Virus record (IMG/VR): IMGVR_UViG_3300006753_000024
Span: 1-34,574 of that record
DNA: 34,574 nucleotides
Strand: one strand, 5' to 3'
Origin: a virus
Lineage: Duplodnaviria; Caudoviricetes
Below the pieces are notes generated by a model. It was not told the origin of the DNA. It made no database searches and worked only from the letters and a program-made list of their open reading frames with translations. Of this stretch, positions 9,201 through 17,001 are shown one piece after another; the stretch's first letter is position 1, and every line of letters starts with the position of its first letter. Made by a program: the position numbers and the translations under genes.

Positions 9201-12174
9201 ACATAACGTAGTGATGTTTGGTCAGAAGATTGGTGCTATGGTTGGAGCCCTGTACGGGATAAACACGGACGTTGTTTTAGACAGGTGGATGGCTCGTATA
9301 GAAATGATTGCCTCTGGAGATATAAGAACAGCGATAAGTAAGAAAACTGGTGAACTCATTTTGTATGATGCCCCAATACAAAAAGGCGCGCTTGTGAATG
9401 CAATTAGTAGAGCCGGGGAAGAGTTTGGTCTAACACCAATAGAAAGCCAAGCCGTTTTCTGGGTCTTTGGGCGTGAATTATTTTATGAGTTAGGGATAAC
9501 AAGGGAATCAAGTTATTTTTCAGAATCAATGGACAAAAGGAGTTTAAAATATGAACAATTCAACACCGCCCCCGAGAATACTGGAGATATTAGCGAATCT
9601 CGAAGAAACAGGGCGTTTGCCAGAAAAACAGTCTTGGCAAAAAGCTATTGGGAAGGCTTTGACCAGTACAGTGAACCGTCTAAAGAAGAGTACAGCCCGC
9701 CACCCCCACGAGGAAAAGGCAAGAAAACTTTCGCAGTTAAAAAGCGTACAGTCGAAGATGAAAAAGCTATCAGAAAAAGAAAAGCCGAAGAAGCAGAAAT
9801 AAGAAACCGTAGCGCAAAGGATAAGGCTGATCTTGTACCAGACTTTGTTCGGAAAAGAAGAGCTTATATTGCCAATAAAGCTTTAGATATGAATTACTTT
9901 ATAGATACATTAACAAGAAGATACAAGCTTACGAAGTTAGAACGTGAGCTAATACCATTCCTCATAGAAGAGACTGATGTTCCTGATGCCCTTAATAGAC
10001 CAAAACTACAGAGGCTTCAGGCTGAGATTGCTGCATCTGAAGAAGACAGCGCAAGGTTAGCAGCAGCAGTTGCAGAGGTCAATAAAGAGTTTGCGAAAAT
10101 ATGGGATACAAGCGTTGAAGCATTCCCTGAGCTGGATGGCAAGGATTTAGATAATTATGTAACTCATATATGGGACATTCCCCGTAATAAACAGTCAATT
10201 GTCAGGAGATGGTTTACCAAGGATAAGTTCCTTAATAAGAGATATATAGAAACATTAAAAGAGGGGATAGAAGAACTTGAGCTAAAGCCAAAGACCACTG
10301 ATATAGCAGAGATTCTAAGGATTAGAAGTAGTACAGCTCATAAGGCTATTGCTAATAGGCAGTTTGTAGAGGATATACTGGCTCTGGAGCAGGATGAATT
10401 TAAGCTTATCAGTAGAAGTAGGGTAGAAGGGTTTGTACAAATCTACCACGCTGCACTTAAAATTCCCGGGCTAGACTCACATTATTATGTTCATCCAGAC
10501 CTTGAGAAGCCGTTAAGGGTTATTTTTGAAACGCTTGATACGATGGATATCGGGAAAGCTTATGACACTATTGCTGGTTTGATGAAAAAGACACAACTTA
10601 GTCTTTCTCTCTTTCACCATTTTGCACTGTCAGAAACACTCATAGCCTTGGTTGGTCTTCCCCGTTCTGTTAAAATCTTTGCAGAGCTATTTAAGGGTAA
10701 TCCAGCTATGAGAAATATAGCTATTGCCCGGGACGCGGTTGCTCATAATATGCAATTAGGTGCTTCTACTGATATCCCAATAGCAAGAATACAGCAGATG
10801 CTTAAAATGTGGTCTACTAAAACCCATGGGCTCGTAATGCCCCTTGAAGTATTAAACAGGGGATGGGATGCTGCCCTGTGGGATTATCTACACGATGGAT
10901 TTAAACTATTTGGATATGAGCATCTGGTAAGTAAACTTGACCCAGAATCAAAGACCTACGAGCAAGAGAAGAACGAAATAGGTACGCTAATGAATGATGT
11001 CTTTGGTGGACAAAATCTTGATAATTTGATGGTTAACCCAAGAACAATAAAATGGCTCATGCGTGGGTTCTTATCACCAGACTGGCAGATATCAACAATA
11101 AGGCAGGCTCTTTCGGTCACAGGATTTGGTGCAGCTCACAAAGAGACAATTGCTTTACGCCGGAAGGTGGGTAGACACTTCTGGTACAGGGCTGCTGCTT
11201 ATTTTTGGGTAGGTATGAACCTATTAAATATGTCTTTTCGTAAAAAGGACGAAGAAGAATATCCACAGTATTACAAAGGCAAGCTTATCGGTGAAATGCA
11301 TTGGTGGGATTATACCATGTATGGGAATGCCAGAGGGAGTAAGACCAAGCTGTTTATTGGTAGGAATAAGGATAAGACTGAAAGTTATTTACGATGGGGC
11401 AAGCAGTTTAAAGAGTTACCAGAACTTGTTCTTGATGAGACTGGATTTAACCCGTGGCAGATTTGGAAAAAAATATCCGGTAAGTTTAATCCCCTCCTTC
11501 AGTTGGCAGCTTACACTACTGGACACACATGGGGCGGATACAAAATTTGGAGCATGAGAGACCAAGAGGGCTGGGATAGAGTTGGTGCTTTTGTTAAAGA
11601 AATTTTAAAAGCACCGCTCCCGTTTAGTCTTAAAAGTTTAGCAGAAGAAGAACGTGAGTTTAGACTCACAGATTTATTTATGCCTCGAAGCAAGGGAATG
11701 ACAAGGTATAAGGCAAAAAGATTGCTCAGACTTGCCATGCTAAGAGGGGATGAAAATCTTTACAGAGAAGTATTTTCAGATATATGGCAAAATAAGATGG
11801 ACGCTGGGAAATTAGCTGACTCGGTAATAGGAGGGATAAGGACTGACTATAAGCGGGAGGTCGGAGCTTATGATGATGAAATTGAAGAATTGAAAGAGAG
11901 TTTAAAGAAAGCCAAAACCAAAAAAATAAGAACAGACCTTAAAGATAGACTTAGAAAAATAAAAGTAAACGCAAGGGATGCACAGAAGTCTATAAAAGAC
12001 ATAGACGATAAATGGGTAAAATATATCAAGCTTACAAAAGAATATGGTTTTTATGAATATGAAGAAAGAGAGCTCTCTCCAGAAGAACAAGAGCTTCAAG
12101 ACAAGCTTAATGCAGAAGCAAAAAGAAGGGCAGAGTTTATTCCAAAGAGAAGATCAATAGGGGTAAAGAAATAA
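3286..12174 (+). CDS. Large polyvalent (injected) protein: degenerate zincin, two ART-like domains, HhH glycosylase-like domain, C-terminal LPD-type region
   Basis: 2962 aa. HERSE..EWFAD (6241-6384); ITVYR..LNDGDWVSLSKEYA..EWG (7357-7755); FKKWF..VVDEKGEPMVVYHGT..GFHFG..MPVYLSIQNP..GYDGIVY..YIAFEPTQIKS (7790-8500, ART-PolyVal-like); TSQG..GQKIG..DRWMAR..QAVFW (8800-9465). Confidence 0.75.
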   Translation: MPETQPTWEETTDVAPTWDETTDVIPTWDETTDISTSPFPTEHPTVVNPDGSVSNVKTITMESDGKHYVLPSMVGGKQLSDEEAWEVAVGQGLEKYPAFDTADEALEASIQLHDKQAPPPVAEEPTYQDRELEELYTSYNKEIDEGTFDPKKYSNSELEQLRLEISKGVEAEAPKITYPEFESKVPHPGAAEVPDTEKGIGEWGTREVKRPSKQKGREDKFTIEKEVYPLFDPEGAGVDTFVPEEFQKEEKVSPLGFRDLTNKEMSRYGLSGGSRVVTVGKSSSSYKTIERNLNNLGFEVMPLGEGNLKRYFAVPSGSRLDSREQRVYNDIGKRLRDLEDSPRTKGVRSRLNAAEKKLKEEGFNMDLKKAKKEGISKADALRYSMVYDEYKKVFNEYNKIADDVQKFGKLSQKILDEVNQIRDEAGIRVEDSMFMGQTNEEFIEDWNTNPLNKDNQIDEADLNKMKRNEITTGSVVLDGLMSAFASFGSLAKVPGMTAEMLYDFAAIPQNKATDILQDMFGLDIDMRTDATVFRKALKESFEALGTQDPFTLLDNVAQTGFDLQQQFNPTERMRRSGSSAGELWAMQMLILIPQLAEVVALTYATRHPKYALGALSGQVTGAKKIQLAGEGELSNVEQNILAFETGLVELATETLGTGKTLKLILGNKVGTGGFKEGFRSVFGIIPGAVRREALEEAGAGIGEDIVDAWAGRAGMNMRMLPGHMFDRIPEYAYEASLGGAAGLLLSGGSTIINLPLQKEIEAAEAKMKAQKGLIIDQALNLPKASELEKMFVEAGKVEPKIKEEAPPPKKKVAKPKLKPGEAIQLSKKHKDLTETKEHTLKALKTPELTFQQREQYQTSLLKIEEQLQELETQAEKKGVSLIEKDVTKGQQAMVDLFTSVDIEKQQSFELVDEFISLRARVEDPKDEMTEEQALREIAEHGLEVDELPEGQDPLEGFLTTGENVTDEAGIDQIKIFLGSDIHDVIHERSESWYKRQVAVEGNFETRITELRADYEKSTGIVNEKLADQEWFADLAADYAAGAIPKSNIHKTLLKILERFKKYADALLRGGKRMKAEIAAGKVSKELQDALSRSITEPVAKIPKVKGKKKGFALTKAQGQEIAEVLQKARDEGRLGGIRMRDVMEEITPTEAPLDETPIQKVDRLRKEANLAFQVKESIKEEKARFEAEKKEQRRVARKEKAERIAKLKEGRKKGFAVKKDERSIIDRFVKGGNLMDIDINKYPWIREAMVAGEWDFLENLYKRSQIPRLRDEQAKFLLEVKEAQDFTDNERGEVGILFDEARDKGLITEAEAREVARLIKGKKPLKKLPEMFQPTYEEKLEQLKEKYTKIAESYQISHRPSKEGYPPAHDMWADELGEGAIAPKDVLDMPRYYIGSHPEVNPKVYNETLEAVKYIKSIQGNPDADITVYRTSPVDELNDGDWVSLSKEYAREEGVHPTDESKDLDVYEHRVKAKDIRWAGDALEEWGFFPEKPKKSFAIKRIDTPEFKKWFKKSKVVDEKGEPMVVYHGTNAADIVDLGEDKVPQRVPVDFEAFEKGDIGFHFGTIEQANKRTSSSIPSFQEMVYLGAKQGEWAGDPQFVGRRVMPVYLSIQNPLRMEDPMIGGDWKNATALMEQLKKLGFKNVPTGMYTGMHKKHPSQPLYSSKRHLKDIKNYIIKQGYDGIVYANKYESPLRDKEGKITTSYEKGTIDVQDSYIAFEPTQIKSVYNVGAFDPTDKRISFAVKKITTLEATKILSKEFRGKRRKMKTSTPAQLSRYEDAIMEYGRYLFTHPKFTEQDFAKAATWWGDDVFAVKQRLQVELPTLMDANDSAMFDIFLAFTSQGSKLDGNLDGAVYLMQEFKANQAEGRNDFPYYKPKVFVKDTKKTFPKHPEGGVLRPLDIDHQGGVKYQLEKLKRLLDYFNWDAKAVKGWLMQETTVGELRKFIYELGYSKTQAESWSKDITGSSRMTNSTHNVVMFGQKIGAMVGALYGINTDVVLDRWMARIEMIASGDIRTAISKKTGELILYDAPIQKGALVNAISRAGEEFGLTPIESQAVFWVFGRELFYELGITRESSYFSESMDKRSLKYEQFNTAPENTGDISESRRNRAFARKTVLAKSYWEGFDQYSEPSKEEYSPPPPRGKGKKTFAVKKRTVEDEKAIRKRKAEEAEIRNRSAKDKADLVPDFVRKRRAYIANKALDMNYFIDTLTRRYKLTKLERELIPFLIEETDVPDALNRPKLQRLQAEIAASEEDSARLAAAVAEVNKEFAKIWDTSVEAFPELDGKDLDNYVTHIWDIPRNKQSIVRRWFTKDKFLNKRYIETLKEGIEELELKPKTTDIAEILRIRSSTAHKAIANRQFVEDILALEQDEFKLISRSRVEGFVQIYHAALKIPGLDSHYYVHPDLEKPLRVIFETLDTMDIGKAYDTIAGLMKKTQLSLSLFHHFALSETLIALVGLPRSVKIFAELFKGNPAMRNIAIARDAVAHNMQLGASTDIPIARIQQMLKMWSTKTHGLVMPLEVLNRGWDAALWDYLHDGFKLFGYEHLVSKLDPESKTYEQEKNEIGTLMNDVFGGQNLDNLMVNPRTIKWLMRGFLSPDWQISTIRQALSVTGFGAAHKETIALRRKVGRHFWYRAAAYFWVGMNLLNMSFRKKDEEEYPQYYKGKLIGEMHWWDYTMYGNARGSKTKLFIGRNKDKTESYLRWGKQFKELPELVLDETGFNPWQIWKKISGKFNPLLQLAAYTTGHTWGGYKIWSMRDQEGWDRVGAFVKEILKAPLPFSLKSLAEEEREFRLTDLFMPRSKGMTRYKAKRLLRLAMLRGDENLYREVFSDIWQNKMDAGKLADSVIGGIRTDYKREVGAYDDEIEELKESLKKAKTKKIRTDLKDRLRKIKVNARDAQKSIKDIDDKWVKYIKLTKEYGFYEYEERELSPEEQELQDKLNAEAKRRAEFIPKRRSIGVKK
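3298..3384 (+). repeat. Three in-frame 30-bp repeats encoding PTW(E/D)ETTD
   Basis: CCAACRTGGGAWGAGACMACWGAT x3 at 30-bp spacing. Confidence 0.9.
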
Positions 12175-12186
12175 CTGGGCTCAGTA

Positions 12187-12221
12187 CCGGGTGGGGAGTT
12201 CCCCTGCTCCCCCCCGGATTT
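12187..12221. terminator. GC-rich hairpin between convergent gene blocks, probable terminator
   Basis: CCGGGTGGGGAG...CTCCCCCCCGG in the 45-bp gap between convergent stops; U-tract is weak. Confidence 0.55.
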
Positions 12222-12789
12222 AACCTATAATTCTTTCCTTCTTTTCCCGGCGGAAGGAATGTGATTTAAACTCCATGATTGTAAATAACTCTTCTATTCT
12301 ATCCAGAACCCGGGAACCATAAAACTTTAATATCTCCTCACCCTTCAGGTTTGTCGTAATGACCGTCTGACAGTGGTCACGGTTCTGAGCAAGGATACAA
12401 TAGTCGTACCTTTCTTCAATCATGTTGGCTATATAATCATGGGCAGCCTCTGTAGAGGGTCTCTCGTCACCAAAGTCATCAACAACGATTGACTTGCTCC
12501 TGAACTGTTTTTCAATATCCCTTATTGATTGATATTTGTCATTTAGATTCATACTGAGGTAGTACAGATAGCTTCTATAGAACCTGCGAATCTTAATACT
12601 TTCCCAGTATCCGGGCTCATAGCTACTATATATAGCTCTTGCCAGCTCTGTCTTACCACAACCTACTGTTCCTATAAACAAATAATGGAAGGGGTTTCCC
12701 TCTCCCATGTCTTTCATAATCCTGTTTAATATATTGGGGTTATTTTGCTTATAGTATTCTGGTAGCTTTAGTTTTGCTTTTGGTATCAT
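12220..12789 (-). CDS. DnaC/IstB-like AAA+ ATPase (helicase loader)
   Basis: Walker A GTVGCGKT, Walker B IVVDDFG, TVITTN, YGSRVLDRI, terminal SFR. Confidence 0.85.
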   Translation of the reverse strand: MIPKAKLKLPEYYKQNNPNILNRIMKDMGEGNPFHYLFIGTVGCGKTELARAIYSSYEPGYWESIKIRRFYRSYLYYLSMNLNDKYQSIRDIEKQFRSKSIVVDDFGDERPSTEAAHDYIANMIEERYDYCILAQNRDHCQTVITTNLKGEEILKFYGSRVLDRIEELFTIMEFKSHSFRREKKERIIG

Positions 12790-13201
12790 CCTCTAGTTCC
12801 CCTATCTCTATTACTGTTTTTGGTTTTATTGAGTACTTCTTCGTTGCTGATAGTCTGCAAATCTGTGAATCATCTTTAATAAAATCATCCAAAGAGTCCA
12901 TGACCAGCTTTATAAAATTATCAATGTCAGGTCTAATTGCTCTCCATATTGGAGCCTCTGGCTTTAGTTTGTTATCTCTGTTGCGACTTATATAATGTGA
13001 CAGTGGTCTTTTTAAATAAAAAGTAACATTCAAATAAACACCACCATAAAAAGGTTCTCTGGGAGCCTGAGACCTTATCTTGTCTCTGAACTCACGCTTT
13101 TCTTCACGACATGGATCATATACCCGTAGACCAAAAGCATTTTTACTGAATCTGGGGCGTTGTTGGGCTTTTGGTGCCCCATGGACTACTATCTTAATCA
13201 T
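12749..13201 (-). CDS. rusA: RusA-family Holliday junction resolvase
   Basis: G.PKAQQRPR N-terminus; RPDIDNFIKLVMDSL..DDSQI catalytic motif. Confidence 0.9.
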   Translation of the reverse strand: MIKIVVHGAPKAQQRPRFSKNAFGLRVYDPCREEKREFRDKIRSQAPREPFYGGVYLNVTFYLKRPLSHYISRNRDNKLKPEAPIWRAIRPDIDNFIKLVMDSLDDFIKDDSQICRLSATKKYSIKPKTVIEIGELEDDTKSKTKATRIL

Positions 13202-13205
13202 ATAT

Positions 13206-13289
13206 AAAGGGCGGTAGTTGTGAGGCTAATTTCTTTGACCACTTTATTCGTATTTGAAGGAAAACACATTTGGTCTCCTACCGCCCTTT
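13206..13289 (-). ncRNA. Candidate structured intergenic RNA (12-bp outer stem, 5-bp inner stem)
   Basis: Perfect inverted repeat AAAGGGCGGTAG (13206-17) / CTACCGCCCTTT (13278-89); nested GACCA/TGGTC. Confidence 0.45.
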
Positions 13290-13294
13290 CTAAA

Positions 13295-14269
13295 TTACAT
13301 TAACAATCCATATAATTTGGAAATTACATCCTTTTTCTTGTTAAATCCTATATCATTGCTGGGCTCTTCACTCCCGGTAATGTTAAACAAAATTGCTTTC
13401 ACCTTTGCATCTGTACCAGACTCAAGGTGAATCCTTGCAGATATTTCTTTTAAATGCTCCATATACTCGCCTTCTGTGACCCCCGGGGCTATCTCTTGGG
13501 GTAGTTCCTTTACCTCCATGGACTCTTCACCCCACTTGGCTTCCTGTACCTCTTCTGGCTGTTCCTCATATTGAGCAGCTGCATGCAAAGTAGTGGCATC
13601 TTTACGGGTAGACTTAGGAAGCTTTTTATCCACCAGCTGTCGAATAACTGTCTTAATAGCCATAGCATCAAAGTCAGTCTTCCATGGTGAGTCTTTAAAC
13701 TTGAAAGATCGGGAGAATCTTTTGCCCACGTTCATGATCTCATCTCTACTCATAACGGTAATAGCCCTTCCTCCGCCTTTAATGAGAGCGTAAGCGTAAT
13801 AAGCATAGGGCTTACCCCTATCTTCTTTTAAGTTCGGTTTATGAACAAACCTTGCGGAGTCGCCCTTGGTATATATAAACTCATCATTCTCACAAACTTT
13901 ATCATAGTCCAGAGACGTTACAAGCCCAGAGTTCCAAGCCATTTTAAGCATTCCCCTGTATTCAATGACAAACTCTACCTTGTCTCCATACGGTACAAGG
14001 GCAGCTTCTGACAGTGGGGTATTGGGTTCTAAACCAAAGCGGGCTGATTCCATGATAGCTTTCAACAGACTATCCTGACGGCACTGCTGGAGTCTAGGAC
14101 TCATCTTTACAGCAGTAAGGCACGCCTGTATAAACCTGTGTGCATCAGCCCTGTTGGGCAATACATTGGCGTATAGGGCATGCCTGTCTTTAATTAGCTG
14201 ATATACTGTTGTTTGTTTTTCGGTCACAGCTTTGGTTTCTTTTTTAGCAAGAGCGACTTTATCTTTCAT
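13295..14269 (-). CDS. recT: RecT-family single-strand annealing protein
   Basis: LQQC..SLLKAIMESARFGLEP..AALVPY..YRGMLKMA, SPWKTDFDAMAIKTVIR; adjacent to YqaJ. Confidence 0.92.
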   Translation of the reverse strand: MKDKVALAKKETKAVTEKQTTVYQLIKDRHALYANVLPNRADAHRFIQACLTAVKMSPRLQQCRQDSLLKAIMESARFGLEPNTPLSEAALVPYGDKVEFVIEYRGMLKMAWNSGLVTSLDYDKVCENDEFIYTKGDSARFVHKPNLKEDRGKPYAYYAYALIKGGGRAITVMSRDEIMNVGKRFSRSFKFKDSPWKTDFDAMAIKTVIRQLVDKKLPKSTRKDATTLHAAAQYEEQPEEVQEAKWGEESMEVKELPQEIAPGVTEGEYMEHLKEISARIHLESGTDAKVKAILFNITGSEEPSNDIGFNKKKDVISKLYGLLM

Positions 14270-14278
14270 TGTGTTCCT

Positions 14279-15199
14279 TTATTTTTCCGGGGGAGAAAGA
14301 GAGAATCTCCTGTACCCTTCTCTTGTCTTTATAAACTTATTATATATATCAGGCATTTCAACTCTCAGGCGTGCTATATCCAACCCATTTCTATCCTTGG
14401 TCTTCTTCCAAGAGACAACCCGTGTTCCGTCTTCAAGTAGAACAGCACTCTTTTCCCGCATTACATTCATTATATCACCCTTGATTACAGATATATCTTT
14501 TTCAAGCTTGATTTTATTATCAGTAACCTTCTCAAGCTTCTCAATCATTCCCAGCATGTCAGAGTCAGCATAAACAACATCATCAGTGTTGATTGTGTAT
14601 AGCTTCCGGGCACCGTCTTCATTCTCAGGCTCAGGCATTACTCCGGGGATAACATTGTTCTGCCAGAAGTCTACCAAGTTCTCTCTCATCTCAGCAATGA
14701 ACTTCTCATGACGGTTGTATTTTTCTATAATGAACTGTTTGTACTTCCCTAAGACCAGAACAGCATAGTATAAATACTCTGCTCCAGTTACCATCATCTG
14801 GTGCTGTAACTGACAAAAGTAAAAGTCAGGGATTTCACCACCCCATGATGCTGTTGTCTTATATTCAATCGGAACCTTCTCATCAACTACCATTCCATCC
14901 AGATTAGTGGTCAGGAACGCATGCTCCGGATCAATCCTGATCTTATAGTCATTTCTGACCTTCTTACCCGTCTCTTCCTCAAACCTCTTTTTAAGAACAG
15001 GCTCAAGTTCCCGACCAAGCCACATGGCAAGATTATCAGGAATAGGGTTTTGTTTGTTTACCTTTTGTAACCAGACATCTACACGGGATTGAAAGGGGCT
15101 TAATCCCAGTACAGCAGCAGCTTCGCTGGCACCAATGGATTCGTAACGGCGTGCAAACCACTGTTCTCTGGTCATATCAACTGTTGTTTCATATCTCAT
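14279..15199 (-). CDS. YqaJ / lambda-exonuclease-family recombination nuclease
   Basis: R..SIGASEAAAVLGLSPF, G..LEP, NLDG, EYKT, YFCQLQHQM. Start is ATG 15199 or GTG 15202. Confidence 0.92.
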   Translation of the reverse strand: MRYETTVDMTREQWFARRYESIGASEAAAVLGLSPFQSRVDVWLQKVNKQNPIPDNLAMWLGRELEPVLKKRFEEETGKKVRNDYKIRIDPEHAFLTTNLDGMVVDEKVPIEYKTTASWGGEIPDFYFCQLQHQMMVTGAEYLYYAVLVLGKYKQFIIEKYNRHEKFIAEMRENLVDFWQNNVIPGVMPEPENEDGARKLYTINTDDVVYADSDMLGMIEKLEKVTDNKIKLEKDISVIKGDIMNVMREKSAVLLEDGTRVVSWKKTKDRNGLDIARLRVEMPDIYNKFIKTREGYRRFSLSPPEK

Positions 15200-15275
15200 C
15201 ACAGCTACCTCACTTTGTTATGTTTTACGTTAATTTACCCCACAAATGTAAAGTATAATAGCGCAAAACTACAAG

Positions 15276-15932
15276 CTATTTTTCTGGCACTACCATCTCC
15301 ACGCCACCATGATGGTTGTGCTCCACGTTCTGAGTTGAACGGTTGTTAAAGAGTCTCACCTTGTTGGAGACTGTGTTAAATAAAGAAATAAAATTCTTAA
15401 AATCTTTTGAATCCTCAAGATACTTAGAATAATCAATCTTACCAAGAGCTTGTATCATCCTGATAAGCTCAACCATGAAGGCTGTACCAACATAGCCCAG
15501 CCCCTTTTCAACAACAGCCGTAGACTGGGCTGAAATAAAATCTCTCTTTGACCACCATTTCCGTAGGGTGCTCGGGGGTATGCCAAGCATTCCCCCGACC
15601 ATTGAGTACCGTGGTATCAACTCACCCTTACCGTTATCCTGCTGGAAGACTTCTAAAAATAGCAAAGAGAACTGCTGTTCATCAATCCTATATTTCCCGT
15701 TGTTAGTGCTATCTCTCAGAATTGGAGCAGATAATATATCGGGAAAGTCTTTTTCTTCTTCCCTGACAGACATAAGAGCGTCCACGGCTTCAAAGGGGTC
15801 ATCTACATCTCTGGTTTTTGCCAAGCCAAAACCTTCAGCTTGCATAACAATTTGCTGTGCATCCTGTTCAGTATCTCCGGCTTTTTCCATTTTTGCTTGT
15901 AGTTTTCTTGCCCTCTGTTTCTTCTTGTCCAT
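15276..15932 (-). CDS. HTH protein, probable terminase small subunit
   Basis: HTH-like YSMVGGMLGIPPSTLRKW, helical core, C-terminal beta tail STQNVEHNHHGGVEMVVP typical of TerS. Confidence 0.5.
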   Translation of the reverse strand: MDKKKQRARKLQAKMEKAGDTEQDAQQIVMQAEGFGLAKTRDVDDPFEAVDALMSVREEEKDFPDILSAPILRDSTNNGKYRIDEQQFSLLFLEVFQQDNGKGELIPRYSMVGGMLGIPPSTLRKWWSKRDFISAQSTAVVEKGLGYVGTAFMVELIRMIQALGKIDYSKYLEDSKDFKNFISLFNTVSNKVRLFNNRSTQNVEHNHHGGVEMVVPEK

Positions 15933-16159
15933 TATGCTTCTACCTCATTTTCTGGATTGTCTACCATCAGTTCAGGGTTTTCTATTAGTTCTTCTAACAC
16001 TTTGTAATCTTTCCCTAAGATGTGATATGCAACATGCTTCATGACCTCTACACGGCTACGAACGGCTTCTTTACCATCCTCTGAAAGTAGAGCAGACTCC
16101 AGTCTCTGTAAAAGATATATAAACTGGTTCATGTCTTCGTGGCGTTGTTCTCTGGTCAT
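15932..16159 (-). CDS. Hypothetical protein
   Basis: 75 aa, start and stop overlap both neighbours. Confidence 0.7.
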   Translation of the reverse strand: MTREQRHEDMNQFIYLLQRLESALLSEDGKEAVRSRVEVMKHVAYHILGKDYKVLEELIENPELMVDNPENEVEA

Positions 16160-16722
16160 AATGCATGGTTATCGTAGGCATTATCAATCTCTTCCTGCTC
16201 TACCCCTATATATTTAAGAGTTACGTCTGGTGATCTATGGTTTAACAACTTCATGGTCAGTGCAATATCATTGGTTTGTTTATATACATGATACGCTAAC
16301 GTCTTCCGCATGGAATGGGTTCCGAAATTGTCTAGCCCACAGTAAACCGCCGCCTTCTTGAGCAGTCTCCAAGCCTGATGTCTATCAATTGGCTTATCTG
16401 GGTTCTGAGTGGAAAAGAATAGAAAGTCATCCCCCGACAGATGATAGTGCTGAATATGATTAGGAATAATCTTCCTCGATACCCTGTTTAACTTTATCTT
16501 TTTCACTTTACCAGTTTTGCTCTCTTTGAGTGTTACATGTGTCCGGAATTTACCACCCAGAGTGTAAAAATCCGAAACTTTTAACTGCAATAAGTCACTC
16601 ACTCTTAGAATTGTGTTCAATCCAAGGCGGAATAATATAGCATCCCGCATGGACTGTCCTTCAAGATAATCCAGCATACGCCGGATATCAGCCTTGTCTT
16701 TGATTGGTTCTACCTTCTTCAC
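16156..16722 (-). CDS. Tyrosine recombinase, catalytic domain only
   Basis: GLNTILRVSD (R), ESKTGK (K), HSMRKT (HxxR), LNH..TLKYIG (H, Y); 188 aa with no separate N-terminal binding domain. Confidence 0.92.
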   Translation of the reverse strand: MKKVEPIKDKADIRRMLDYLEGQSMRDAILFRLGLNTILRVSDLLQLKVSDFYTLGGKFRTHVTLKESKTGKVKKIKLNRVSRKIIPNHIQHYHLSGDDFLFFSTQNPDKPIDRHQAWRLLKKAAVYCGLDNFGTHSMRKTLAYHVYKQTNDIALTMKLLNHRSPDVTLKYIGVEQEEIDNAYDNHAL

Positions 16723-16855
16723 TCTTCTCTCCTCTCTGGAACTTTAGTTTATAACTCAGGTTAATTATCATTTGTTCAAGCTGTTCTACTTTATCAATAA
16801 GCTTCAGTAAGTCGTGCTCGTGATTGTCCAGCCTCTTTTTTGTGTTCTTGGTCAT
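16688..16855 (-). CDS. Hypothetical coiled-coil protein (55 aa)
   Basis: ATG preceded by GAAAGGAAAGCAC; the longer ORF call runs through a terminator. Confidence 0.65.
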   Translation of the reverse strand: MTKNTKKRLDNHEHDLLKLIDKVEQLEQMIINLSYKLKFQRGEKSEEGRTNQRQG

Positions 16856-16911
16856 GTGCTTTCCTTTCTCGTTTAGTTTGCGACACTCATCCCAATTATA
16901 TATATAACAAA

Positions 16912-16949
16912 TAAAAAAAAATAGAAAACCCCAGCAAAATGCCGGGGCT
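16912..16949 (-). terminator. Rho-independent terminator
   Basis: Minus strand AGCCCCGGC-ATTTT-GCTGGGGTT followed by TTCTATTTTTTTTT. Confidence 0.85.
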
Positions 16950-17001
16950 CTCAGCCTCACTATGGTGGCGGTTTCATACCAGTCTCCTTCCAGACTAAAG
17001 T

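Noticed and set aside
3286-12174. crAss-like or N4-like virion RNA polymerase
   Set aside because: No DxDxD-type or N4 vRNAP catalytic motif recognised; polyvalent-protein domains are seen instead.
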